This document shows, in pieces, positions 19,318-28,580 of a stretch of DNA of 64,000 bases. The stretch is taken from assembly GCA_965277285.1 (NCBI GenBank), contig OZ255721.1, positions 2,240,001 to 2,304,000 on the forward strand, written 5' to 3'. Origin of the DNA: Abditibacteriaceae bacterium (GTDB lineage Bacteria; Armatimonadota; Abditibacteriia; Abditibacteriales; Abditibacteriaceae). Made by a program: the position numbers and the translations under genes. The notes beneath the pieces are model-generated. The model did no database searches, was not told the DNA's origin, and worked only from the letters and a program-made list of their open reading frames with translations. Position 1 is the first letter of the stretch. Each line of letters opens with the position of its first letter.

Positions 19318-21198
19318 ATGAAAACGCTTTCTTTTCGAGTACTCGATAGGCGCACCCCCAAAATGGGACGCGCTTTGTTGGGTTGTCTTTTATTGGCGCC
19401 ACTTTGTGCGCGTGCGCAGACGAATGTTCCCGTCGCGGGCACCACAACGTCGGCGACGCTCGATACGAGCGCGCCTTTGACTTTGGATCAAAGCATTCAA
19501 ATCGCGTTGCGGATGCAGGGCAACATCGGCGCGGCGCAGGAAAATTTTGTCAGCGCGCAACAAAATGTGGTGTCAGCGCGCTCGAATTATTTCCCGCAAG
19601 TCAACGCCAACGTCGGCTACGATTACTTCAACGGTTCGCGCTCGGTCAGCGGCTTCAGCAATACGGGAACGGGCGGCACCACAATTTACCGCAGTTCCAC
19701 GACTTCGGCGACCACGACCGGACTAAGCGTTTCGCAAAACTTGTTCGATAGCGGTCGCACGCGCGCTCAAGTGCGCCAGGCGCAAGCGCAAACCTTGAAC
19801 GCTGTCGGCGGTTTCGGCAATGCGCGCAGCACGCTGGCGTATGAAGTGGCGACGCGCTTTTACGACCAGTTGCAGCAGGAAAAACTGGTCGCGCAATACA
19901 ACGGACAAGTCGCGCTGGCGCAGCAACAATTGGAACAAATCCAGGCGCAAGTCGAAGCCGGCGTGTCGGCGCGCGTTGATGTGCAAACCGTTCAAGTCAC
20001 GCTGAGCCAGGCGCGATTCAATCTGGCCACAGCGCAAACCGACTTGCAAAGCGCGCAAAGCAATTTTCGTAACGCTCTGGGTTTGGGCATCGGCGGGCCG
20101 CTGCGCTTGCAGGAATCGGCCTTGTCGCAGCAAGTCGCGCCCGTCGTCGTTCCCGCGCCAATCTCCGCAACAGGTGACGCCGCCACAAATCCAGTACTCG
20201 AATCGTCCTCTGCCAACGCCGCAATCGCTTCCACAACGCCAACTTCCACAACACCATCAGTTGTAAATGCAACGCCCGCAATTGTGACCGTGCCTTCAAC
20301 GCCTGCGCCAAACGTTACGGCAAGTGCTTCATCAATGCCTGCGCCAAACGCTGTGTCGACGCCTTCTCAAAACTCTTCGTCTGCATCAGCAACGCCAACA
20401 TCGACGCCAAGTACGGCATCAACAACGACTGCGACAACGGTTGCGGCATCGACGCCCATTCCTACCGCGACGCCGATGCCGATTGCCACAGCGACGCCCG
20501 AAGCGTTGCCGGAATTGCCGGAATTGGCGAGCTTGGATTCATACTTGGCCGAAGCGCGACGCTTGCGCCCCGATTTGGTGCAGGCGCGCGCGACTGTGCA
20601 AAGCAGCGAAGCGGCGGTTTCTCTGGCCAAAATTGCCGAGCGTCCGCAAATCACAGCGACGGCGGGTTACAACATCGACCCGCGCACGACGCAGGATCGC
20701 GGGCTGACCGTCAGCGCCGGATTGTCGATTCCGATTTTCGATGCGGGCGGTCGTCGCGCCGATGTTCGCGCCGCGCAAGCGACTTTGACGGGCAACCAGA
20801 TTCGCCTGGCGCAAACCGACAAAGACGTGGCGTCCGATGTTCAGACGGCTTATGTCGCCATCAGCGGCCAGGTCGCGCGCATTTCCAACGCCCGCGATCT
20901 GGTGCAATCGGCGCAAATCAATCTCGAGACCGCGATCGAACGTTATCGCCTGGGTTTGGGCATTGTGCTCGATGTGGTGAATGCGCAAACGCAATTGTTC
21001 AGTGCACAAACCAGCGCGACACAAGCCGTTTTCGATTACGAACTGTCGCTGGCTAACCTCGACCGCGCGGTCGGGCGCTTCGCCTGGGCTGACCCGAATC
21101 AGGCGCCGCCAGCGCAAGCGCCAACAACGATTCCGACTGCGATTGCGGTTCCCAATGCGACGCTGGTTTCCGATGTGAACGCTGCGAAAAATCATTAA
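19318..21198 (+). CDS. TolC-family outer membrane efflux protein with long Pro/Ser/Thr insertion
   Basis: Two OEP halves (LSVSQNLFDSGR; LSIPIFDAGGR) separated by more than 100 aa of low-complexity sequence. Confidence 0.88.
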   Translation: MKTLSFRVLDRRTPKMGRALLGCLLLAPLCARAQTNVPVAGTTTSATLDTSAPLTLDQSIQIALRMQGNIGAAQENFVSAQQNVVSARSNYFPQVNANVGYDYFNGSRSVSGFSNTGTGGTTIYRSSTTSATTTGLSVSQNLFDSGRTRAQVRQAQAQTLNAVGGFGNARSTLAYEVATRFYDQLQQEKLVAQYNGQVALAQQQLEQIQAQVEAGVSARVDVQTVQVTLSQARFNLATAQTDLQSAQSNFRNALGLGIGGPLRLQESALSQQVAPVVVPAPISATGDAATNPVLESSSANAAIASTTPTSTTPSVVNATPAIVTVPSTPAPNVTASASSMPAPNAVSTPSQNSSSASATPTSTPSTASTTTATTVAASTPIPTATPMPIATATPEALPELPELASLDSYLAEARRLRPDLVQARATVQSSEAAVSLAKIAERPQITATAGYNIDPRTTQDRGLTVSAGLSIPIFDAGGRRADVRAAQATLTGNQIRLAQTDKDVASDVQTAYVAISGQVARISNARDLVQSAQINLETAIERYRLGLGIVLDVVNAQTQLFSAQTSATQAVFDYELSLANLDRAVGRFAWADPNQAPPAQAPTTIPTAIAVPNATLVSDVNAAKNH

Positions 21199-21227
21199 AA
21201 CGTTCCAACATCATAAAGAAAACGATC

Positions 21228-23543
21228 ATGCTCAAACTTCCGCTTCCCAATCGTCCTGCGCCCGATTCGACTCCATCGAGTACTCGAATCGGCATCAGCG
21301 CGCCCGTCATTGATGGCGCGCCCGAAGTCAATGGCAACGGTCAGAAAAATGGGCGCGTCGAGCGTCCTGTCGTCAAAAAACCGCGTCGCCGCGCGGGGAA
21401 AAAATGGTGGTGGGCGGCTTTGGGAGCAATTGTTTTGTTCTTCTTGTGGCGGCGCGCGCGCACCAAAGAAGTGCCGCACGCCGACGTTCAAACGTCTGTC
21501 GTGGCGCGCAGCGATGTGCGACAGACGGTTTCCTCAACGGGAACTTTGCAACCTTTCACGACGGTTGATGTGAAGTCGAACGCGGGCGGCGCAATTTTGA
21601 AAATGGCGGTCGATACCGGCACGCGCGTCAAAAAAGGCCAGTTGATTTGCCTGATCGATCCGCGCGATACGACGGCGGCTTACCGGCAAGCCGAAGCTGA
21701 TGTCGCATCGGCCAAAGCCGCGTTGCTGCAGGCGCAGCAAAACGCACAATTGCAAAGCGCGACGTTGGGGCCGCAAATCGATCAATCGGCGCAAGGCGTC
21801 AACTCGGCGCAGGCCAAATTGACGCAATCGCAACAAACTTTGACACTTCAAGCGGCGACGCAAGGCCCGGCGATTGATCAATCGGCGCAAGGCGTGGCGG
21901 CGGCGCGGGCGCGTTTGGTGCAAGCGCAAGAAGCCCTCGCGTTGCAGCGCCAGACGGCAGAAACCGATGTCGCGTCGGCGCGCAGTGGCGTGGCGGCGGC
22001 GCAAGCGAAACTGAATCAGGCGCGCGTCACATCGAGTACTCAACCTTCGCTGACGCGCTCCGCCATCAACCAGGCGCAGGCGAGCGTGGCCGCGGCGCAG
22101 GCAAATTTGAGTTCGTCGCAGGAAAGTTTGACTTTGCTGACCAGCGCGACGCAGCCGCAGGAACGCGCTTCGGCGCAAGCGCAAGTCGATCAGGCCAACT
22201 CGGATTTGCAAACCGCGCAAACCAATTTAACGCGTCAAGAAGCTCTTCTGGCGCGCGGCTTCGTGGCGCAAAACGTGGTCGATGCGGCGCGCAACGCGGT
22301 CGTCACGGCGCAGTCGGCGCTCAATACGAATCAGGCGAAATTGGACACGTTGCAGGCGCAGCAGCAATCGGAAACGCGCGATGCCCAGGCGCGCATCGAG
22401 CAAGCGCGTGGAACGCTCAACCAATCGCAGGCGGCTCTGGCGAGCGCGCGCACCAACAGCGTACAAGACGTTTTGCGCCAGGGCGATGTGACTTCGGCGC
22501 GCGCTGTGTTGCAACAAGCGCAATCGACATTAAGCGCGGCGGTCGCCAATCGCAGCCAGATCGCGGTCAAGCAAAGCGATGTCGTGGCGGCGGACGCGGC
22601 GCTTCGTCAATCGCAGGCAGCATTGGCGACGACGCAGGCCAATTCGCAGCAGATCGGTATTAAGGCGCAGGATGTCGCGGCCTCGCGCGCGGCGTTGTTG
22701 CAGGCGCAAGCGGCTCTTCGCAACGCGCAGGCGCAAACCATCAACAACGATGTGCGCGCGCAAGATGTCGCCAAGGCCAGAGCCGCTCTGGATCGCGCTC
22801 AGGTCACGGCGCAAAACGCTCTGGTGAGCCTGCAACAAACGCGTGTTGTGGCGCCGCGCGATGGCATCGTGTTGAAGAAATACGTCGATGAAGGCACGAT
22901 AATTCAGTCGGGACAAAGCGGTTTCTCGGGTGGCACGGCAATTGTGCAATTGGCGAACGTGTCGCGCATGTATGTCGATGTGCAGGTCGATGAAGCCGAT
23001 ATTTCGTTGATCGAGGTCGGGCAGCACGTCGATATAACTCTGGATGCTTATCCCAATTCGCCCAAGAGCGGCACGGTGCGCATCGTTTATCCCGAAGCCG
23101 AAGTTGATCAAAATGTGACCTATGTCCACGTCCAGGTCGAAATCGATCCGATGGATGTCGATGAGCGTTTGCGCGCGACGATGAACGCGACCTGCGATTT
23201 CGTGGTCGATGAAAAACAAAACGCGCTCGCGGTGCCGTCAGAAGCCGTGAAAGACGAAGAAGATTCGTCCTATGTGACGGTCATCAAAGACCCCAAGAAA
23301 CCGCTGTGGGACGAATCGAATCAGCAAAAACGCACGGTTGAAGTTGGCGTGCGCGGCGACGACAACACGGAAATTACTTCGGGTTTGAAAGAAGGCGAAA
23401 CCGTCGTGACGCAAATCATTGAACCGGCGGATAGCACCTCGAATTCGACCAGCGGCGCGCCAAGTTTGCTGGGTGGCCCGGGCGGCGGTCGTCCTGGTGG
23501 AGGTGGAGGTGGAGGTGGCGGCGGACGACGCGGCGGGTTCTAA
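21228..23543 (+). CDS. MacA-like membrane fusion protein with greatly extended coiled coil
   Basis: TM helix, VDTGTRVKKGQLI lipoyl half, ~400 aa of AQ-rich helix, VVAPRDGIV, VDEADI. Confidence 0.9.
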   Translation: MLKLPLPNRPAPDSTPSSTRIGISAPVIDGAPEVNGNGQKNGRVERPVVKKPRRRAGKKWWWAALGAIVLFFLWRRARTKEVPHADVQTSVVARSDVRQTVSSTGTLQPFTTVDVKSNAGGAILKMAVDTGTRVKKGQLICLIDPRDTTAAYRQAEADVASAKAALLQAQQNAQLQSATLGPQIDQSAQGVNSAQAKLTQSQQTLTLQAATQGPAIDQSAQGVAAARARLVQAQEALALQRQTAETDVASARSGVAAAQAKLNQARVTSSTQPSLTRSAINQAQASVAAAQANLSSSQESLTLLTSATQPQERASAQAQVDQANSDLQTAQTNLTRQEALLARGFVAQNVVDAARNAVVTAQSALNTNQAKLDTLQAQQQSETRDAQARIEQARGTLNQSQAALASARTNSVQDVLRQGDVTSARAVLQQAQSTLSAAVANRSQIAVKQSDVVAADAALRQSQAALATTQANSQQIGIKAQDVAASRAALLQAQAALRNAQAQTINNDVRAQDVAKARAALDRAQVTAQNALVSLQQTRVVAPRDGIVLKKYVDEGTIIQSGQSGFSGGTAIVQLANVSRMYVDVQVDEADISLIEVGQHVDITLDAYPNSPKSGTVRIVYPEAEVDQNVTYVHVQVEIDPMDVDERLRATMNATCDFVVDEKQNALAVPSEAVKDEEDSSYVTVIKDPKKPLWDESNQQKRTVEVGVRGDDNTEITSGLKEGETVVTQIIEPADSTSNSTSGAPSLLGGPGGGRPGGGGGGGGGGRRGGF

Positions 23544-23551
23544 CATTTGCA

Positions 23552-23701
23552 ACCCAAGTTGCTACTTTCGCCCAGCGACTGAAGTCGCGGCTGGGAGGCC
23601 TTCGGCCACAAAGTCCGCCTGCGCGGACTCCGAGTTCAGTCCGCGCAGGCGGACTTTGTGGCGGCACAGCCGCCCTTCAGCCGCGATTTTAATCGCTGGC
23701 T
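23552..23701. repeat. REP-like palindromic element (partial copies at about 40418-40448 and 59388-59459)
   Basis: AAGTCCGCCTGCGCGGACT...AGTCCGCGCAGGCGGACTT core with CCAGCGACTGAAGTCGCGGCT flanks; reverse-complement matches at the two other sites. Confidence 0.8.
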
Positions 23702-23826
23702 GCAGAGAGGGCAATTTGGGTTTTGTAACAAACCAGCGAACCCCGTCGCTTACGCTCAGGGTTCGTTGGTGAAGTGATTAAATCGCAATCGAGTACTCGA
23801 TTGTCGATATTTCAAGGAGAAAGAAG

Positions 23827-24447
23827 ATGAAAAAGTTTGGTGTCCTGTTTTTGTTGGCCGCGACCACAGCAATCGCGTTTCCGATGGCGAGCGTTCATGC
23901 GCAAGGTGGCGGCGGTTATGGTGGCGGCGGTGGCGGCGGAATGCGCAACTCGGCCAAAGGTCGCCTGACCGGTTTGGTGCGCGGCATCGGCAATCTGGAA
24001 CGCGGCGGCAAAGCGCCTCTGACTCCGGCGCAAGCTCGCATCGTAGTTGGATCTGTCTCGCCATGGATGAAAAGGCCGCGCATGAACGAAAACGACGCGC
24101 GCGGCTTGTATATGCGTATCAACAGCGCGCTTTCGACGCGCCAGAAAAACGAACTGGACAAAACGTCAGCGGAAAACCGTCGCTTTGGCGGCGGTGGCGG
24201 CGGCGGTGGCTGGCGCGGTGGTCAAGGCGGGCAGGGCGGACAAAATGGACAGGCGAATATGCCGACGCCGCAGCAGATGCAGCAAATGCGCGCGTTTCGT
24301 GAAACCTATAACCCGTTTTATCCACCGTCGAATTACCGCGAATTGAATGGTATGCCGGATCGGATGCGCCAAGGTTTCTTCCGCCGTTATCAAGCGCAAC
24401 AAGCGTTGCTGATGTCATTGGCGCGCAAAGCTCACGGCGGACGATAA
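23827..24447 (+). CDS. Secreted Gly-rich hypothetical protein
   Basis: RBS AAGGAG, signal peptide ending VHA, Gly runs; lies inside the exporter operon. Confidence 0.8.
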   Translation: MKKFGVLFLLAATTAIAFPMASVHAQGGGGYGGGGGGGMRNSAKGRLTGLVRGIGNLERGGKAPLTPAQARIVVGSVSPWMKRPRMNENDARGLYMRINSALSTRQKNELDKTSAENRRFGGGGGGGGWRGGQGGQGGQNGQANMPTPQQMQQMRAFRETYNPFYPPSNYRELNGMPDRMRQGFFRRYQAQQALLMSLARKAHGGR

Positions 24448-24456
24448 GTCAGTTTT

Positions 24457-24701
24457 GTAGGGGCGAGGCATGCTTCGCCCGAACCCTCGCAACCAGTTTG
24501 AAAGTCCGCGCAACGCCTTAAACGTAGAGGTTTGTCATGCTAACGGGCGCTCTGTACGCACCCGTCAGCATAACAAACTATCAATTCTCAACGTTGTTCT
24601 CTGCCTTGCAAACTCCTTCTTGCAGCAACCCTCGCAGTGCAAGACCGACGCGGAACACCGACGCGGAACACCGACGCGGGCGAGGCGAACGTTGCCCCTA
24701 C
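24457..24701. repeat. Inverted pair of GTAG-type REP sequences enclosing a 13-bp tandem repeat
   Basis: GTAGGGGCGAGGCATGCTTCGCCC (24457-24480) and GGGCGAGGCGAACGTTGCCCCTAC (24678-24701); CCGACGCGGAACA x2.7 at 24645-24679. Confidence 0.7.
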
Positions 24702-24726
24702 AAATTACTACTTCGAGTACTCGATT

Positions 24727-25506
24727 ATGACTTCTCTTTCCGCGCCACCTGTGCCCGACGAAATGCACCAGCATTCGGCGATTGCCGTGCACGATTTGCA
24801 CAAAGAATACATGATGGGCGAAATGCGCGTTCATGCTCTGCGCGGCGTCGATTTGGAGATCGCGCCGGGCGAATTTGTGGCGATCATGGGGCCAAGCGGC
24901 TGCGGCAAAAGCACTTTTATGAACCTGATCGGTTGTCTTGATCAGCCAACTATTGGTTCCTATCAGTTGGACGGTGAAGAAGTCGCGCAATTGGGCGCCG
25001 ATGAACTGGCGCGCATTCGCAATCAGAAGATCGGTTTCGTTTTTCAAACCTTTAATTTGCTGGCGCGCACGACGGCTTTGCACAACGTCGAACTGCCGCT
25101 TTTATATGCCGGAACGACGCCCGAAGAACGCCATGAGCGCGCGATGGCGGCTCTGGAAAGCGTCGGTTTGGGCGACCGCGCGACGCATCGCCCGAATGAA
25201 CTGTCGGGCGGACAACAACAGCGCGTGGCGATTGCGCGCGCTCTGGTCAACGATCCGGTAATTTTGCTGGCGGACGAACCGACGGGCGCGCTGGCCAGTC
25301 GTCAGGGCGAAGAAATCATGCAGATTTTCCAGGGCTTGAACGATCAGGGCAAAACTGTCGTGATGGTGACGCACGAGCCGGACATCGCTCTTCATGCGCG
25401 CCGCGTTGTGCGCTTCCGCGATGGCCGCGTCGTCGGCGACGAGCAAGTCGAAAATCGCCTGATTGCCGACGAAGTGCTGCGCGCGCTGCCTGATGAGGAA
25501 GAGTAG
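24727..25506 (+). CDS. ABC transporter ATP-binding protein (MacB/LolD-like)
   Basis: [35 protein letters not shown]. Confidence 0.95.
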   Translation: MTSLSAPPVPDEMHQHSAIAVHDLHKEYMMGEMRVHALRGVDLEIAPGEFVAIMGPSGCGKSTFMNLIGCLDQPTIGSYQLDGEEVAQLGADELARIRNQKIGFVFQTFNLLARTTALHNVELPLLYAGTTPEERHERAMAALESVGLGDRATHRPNELSGGQQQRVAIARALVNDPVILLADEPTGALASRQGEEIMQIFQGLNDQGKTVVMVTHEPDIALHARRVVRFRDGRVVGDEQVENRLIADEVLRALPDEEE

Positions 25507-25539
25507 TATCGAGTACTCGTTTGAGCAACTGAACGAACT

Positions 25540-25794
25540 ATGAAACGGAAAAAAGGGAAGCCTCAAAGCTTTGTTGCCGAGTTTGTTATTTCGATTCTTC
25601 TGATTTTTCCGCCTTTGATGTGGGTCTTTCCTACGCGCGGCTCAGGAGTGACGTTTGGATTTTATGCGGCCACATTGATTTGTTACGCGGTCTCACTACT
25701 TACTTTCGGTCGCCGGAGTGCCATTGAGTTCGGGATAGTTGTTCTCGAACTTTCAGTTGTTGCAAGCTTGCTGTTTCCCAAGTTACTGCGGTAA
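25540..25794 (+). CDS. Small hypothetical membrane protein
   Basis: 84 aa, three hydrophobic stretches, fills the gap between the ATPase and permease genes. Confidence 0.55.
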   Translation: MKRKKGKPQSFVAEFVISILLIFPPLMWVFPTRGSGVTFGFYAATLICYAVSLLTFGRRSAIEFGIVVLELSVVASLLFPKLLR

Positions 25795-25808
25795 TGGATG
25801 AGTGGATT

Positions 25809-27023
25809 ATGAATTTGTGGGAAAATGTTTTGGTGGCGTTGCAAGGTCTGGCGGCGAATAAGTTGCGCTCCAGCCTGACGATGCTGGGCATCATCATCGG
25901 CGTGCTGGCGGTGATTTTGGGAACGGCGATTGGTCAGGGTTCCAAGCAGCAGGTCGTCGACAAAATCCAGTCGCTGGGCAGCAACGCGATCACGGTTTTC
26001 CCCGGGCAGCAGCGCACCGGAGCCGTTCAAGGTGGCGCCGGTTCGCGCCCGACTTTGAAAATGCCCGATGTGGACGCGATTCGCAAAAATTGCCCGACCG
26101 TCATCGCCGTCGCGCCGCAATTGCAGAAAAACGCGCAAGTCAAATACGGCAATCAGAATACGAACACAACGATTATCGCCACTTCGCCGGAGTTTTTGGC
26201 GATTCGCGGCTTTCATGTCGAAACCGGACGTTTTTTCACGGCCAGCGATGTGCGAGGCCGACGCAAAGTGTGCATTGTTGGCAAGACGACGGCGAAAAAC
26301 CTTTTCGGCGATTCGACTCCTCTGGGCAAGCCAATTCGCATCAAAGGCATCAACTTCAAAATTATTGGCCTGATGTCGCTCAAAGGTTCGGCGCTTTTCG
26401 GTGACCCAGACGACCAAATCGAAATCCCGATTACGACTGGCTTAAAACAGGTTTTTGGCACTGATTCGCTGTCCAACATTTATGCGCAAACCGCCAACGC
26501 CGACGGAGCAGACCGCGCTTCGCAGGAAATTAGCGACGCGCTGATGAAGTCGCACAAAATCGCGCCCAACGCCGACCCCGATTTCACCGTACGTACGCAA
26601 GCCGAATTTATGCAAATCCAGGAACAATCGAGCCAGGCGCTGACGTTTCTGCTGACTGGAATCGCCGCCGTCGCGTTGTTGGTCGGTGGCATCGGCATTA
26701 TGAATATCATGCTGGTTTCGGTGACGGAAAGGACGCGTGAAATCGGCATTCGTAAGGCGGTTGGCGCGCGACCGTTCAACATTCTGCTGCAATTTCTCAT
26801 CGAAGCGATGACGCTGAGCGTGCTGGGTGGCGTGATCGGTATTCTGGGCGGTTTCGCGGTTTGCTACCTGATCACGACCTTTATCGGCTTTCCAACCATT
26901 ATTTCGCCGATGTGGATTGGAATCGCGTTCTTTTCTTCAGCGACTATCGGAATGTTTTTCGGCATTTATCCGGCCTATAAAGCTGGCCAACTCGACCCAA
27001 TTGAAGCATTGCGCTATCAATAA
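25809..27023 (+). CDS. MacB/FtsX-type ABC permease
   Basis: LRSSLTMLGIIIGV, GGIGIMNIMLVSVTERTREIGIRKAVGA, DPIEALRY. Confidence 0.95.
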   Translation: MNLWENVLVALQGLAANKLRSSLTMLGIIIGVLAVILGTAIGQGSKQQVVDKIQSLGSNAITVFPGQQRTGAVQGGAGSRPTLKMPDVDAIRKNCPTVIAVAPQLQKNAQVKYGNQNTNTTIIATSPEFLAIRGFHVETGRFFTASDVRGRRKVCIVGKTTAKNLFGDSTPLGKPIRIKGINFKIIGLMSLKGSALFGDPDDQIEIPITTGLKQVFGTDSLSNIYAQTANADGADRASQEISDALMKSHKIAPNADPDFTVRTQAEFMQIQEQSSQALTFLLTGIAAVALLVGGIGIMNIMLVSVTERTREIGIRKAVGARPFNILLQFLIEAMTLSVLGGVIGILGGFAVCYLITTFIGFPTIISPMWIGIAFFSSATIGMFFGIYPAYKAGQLDPIEALRYQ

Positions 27024-27243
27024 TCAGTGGTACGGGTTTGATAAACAAACAAGTCCAAAGGTCGCGTATCAAGTACGGATCATCGAGTACTCGATAGGCG
27101 ACCTTCGTGTTTTCTAAACGTTGATTCAAACGAATCTTAGCACTTTCTCAAGTTGGCTCCAGCCAATTCCGCCAAACTCATAAGCGATGAAAAACCGAAA
27201 CGGCTCTGCTTTGAAACGCTCGTTTTTGTTCCTTTCTCGCATT

Positions 27244-28572
27244 ATGAAAACACGGTTTCTCTTCGCCACTTTCTTCCTCGGTCTGGCGCCACTTCACGCA
27301 CAGAACGCGACGGTTTCCTCAACAGCGCCAGTTGCTGCACCAGCCAGCACAACATCACCAAGAACGCCAAGTGCGACCACGCCAAATCCAGTGTCCGTTG
27401 GAGCCAGCGAGCCTTTGGCGTTGGACGATGTGTTGGCTGCGGCGCGTCGTGGCAGCTTCACAATGGGAAGCGCCGAAGCACGTATTGCGGCGGCGCAGGC
27501 GCGACTTCAAGCGGCGGGTGCGGCTCCTGGCACAACGTTGACGGTGGCGCGCGCTTTCGGCAAAAACACCGGCGGCTTCGATGAAGATATTTTGTTGTCT
27601 CAAGTCATCGAAATCGGCAAGCGCGGCTCGCGCGTTAAAGGCGCGCAGTTCGACCGTCAGGCCGCCCAGTTTGATCGCGCCGGTGCGGGAACTTCGTTTG
27701 ATTTTGCGGTGCGTTCAGCATATTATGACGCGTTGCGCACCGATGTCGAACTGAATTTGGCCAACGATTCGTTGCAAACCGCGCAAACGTTTTCGGCCGC
27801 GGCGCAAACGCAATTCACGGCGGGCGATGTGCCGCGCGCCAATGTCGTGCGCTCGTCCATCGAATTATCGCGCGCTCAAGCCACCGTGACGCAAGCGCAA
27901 AGTGACCGCGACACCAGCTACAACGTTCTGCGCAGCTTGCTCGCTTTGCCCGATGACGCGCCGTTGCAACTGGGCGACAAACTTTCTTTTACACCGCAAA
28001 CTTACGATTTGAATGCGCTGCAAACGCTGGCATCGAGTACTCGAAGCGATTTGCTGTCGGCGCGCGCAGCCGAACAATCTAAAGAAGCGGCTGTGCAAAC
28101 TGCGCAGTCGCTAAACAGGCCGGACGCCTTTATCGAAGCGCGCCGCGCCGCCATTTCGCCTTACCCCGATACGCCAAACGGAAGTTCCTTGCGCGTTGGC
28201 ATCGTCATTCCACTTTTTGATTTCGGGCGCAATCGTGCTGGACTGAACGAAGCGCGCGCCAATGTGCAGGAACAGCAAGCGATTCTCAATGAAACGACGC
28301 GCGCCGCGCGATTAGATGTAGCGACGACTTACGCGCGTTTTGTGGCGGCGCAAGCAGCGGTTCAAGGTTTCACCAGCGGACGTTTGGCGCAATCGCGCGA
28401 ACTGCTCGACATGGCGCAAATCGGTTATCAGCATGGCGCGAACTCTTACCTCGAATTGATTGATGCGCAAACCGTTTATCGCAACGAGCAAGCCGATTAC
28501 GCGCGCTCTCTGGCGACCTGGAACACGGCGCGCGCCGATCTGGAACGCGCTGTGGGAGGAAAACTGCCTTGA
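27244..28572 (+). CDS. TolC/CzcC-family outer membrane protein
   Basis: Signal peptide, LSQVIEIGKRG, IPLFDFGRNR, YLELIDAQ. Confidence 0.88.
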   Translation: MKTRFLFATFFLGLAPLHAQNATVSSTAPVAAPASTTSPRTPSATTPNPVSVGASEPLALDDVLAAARRGSFTMGSAEARIAAAQARLQAAGAAPGTTLTVARAFGKNTGGFDEDILLSQVIEIGKRGSRVKGAQFDRQAAQFDRAGAGTSFDFAVRSAYYDALRTDVELNLANDSLQTAQTFSAAAQTQFTAGDVPRANVVRSSIELSRAQATVTQAQSDRDTSYNVLRSLLALPDDAPLQLGDKLSFTPQTYDLNALQTLASSTRSDLLSARAAEQSKEAAVQTAQSLNRPDAFIEARRAAISPYPDTPNGSSLRVGIVIPLFDFGRNRAGLNEARANVQEQQAILNETTRAARLDVATTYARFVAAQAAVQGFTSGRLAQSRELLDMAQIGYQHGANSYLELIDAQTVYRNEQADYARSLATWNTARADLERAVGGKLP

Positions 28573-28580
28573 AAGAACCA

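Noticed and set aside
24637..24726. N-terminal extensions in the ORF track (also 8730-8801, 51588-51785, 59338-59463)
   Set aside because: They run through REP, palindrome or intergenic sequence. Downstream ATGs fit domain boundaries better.
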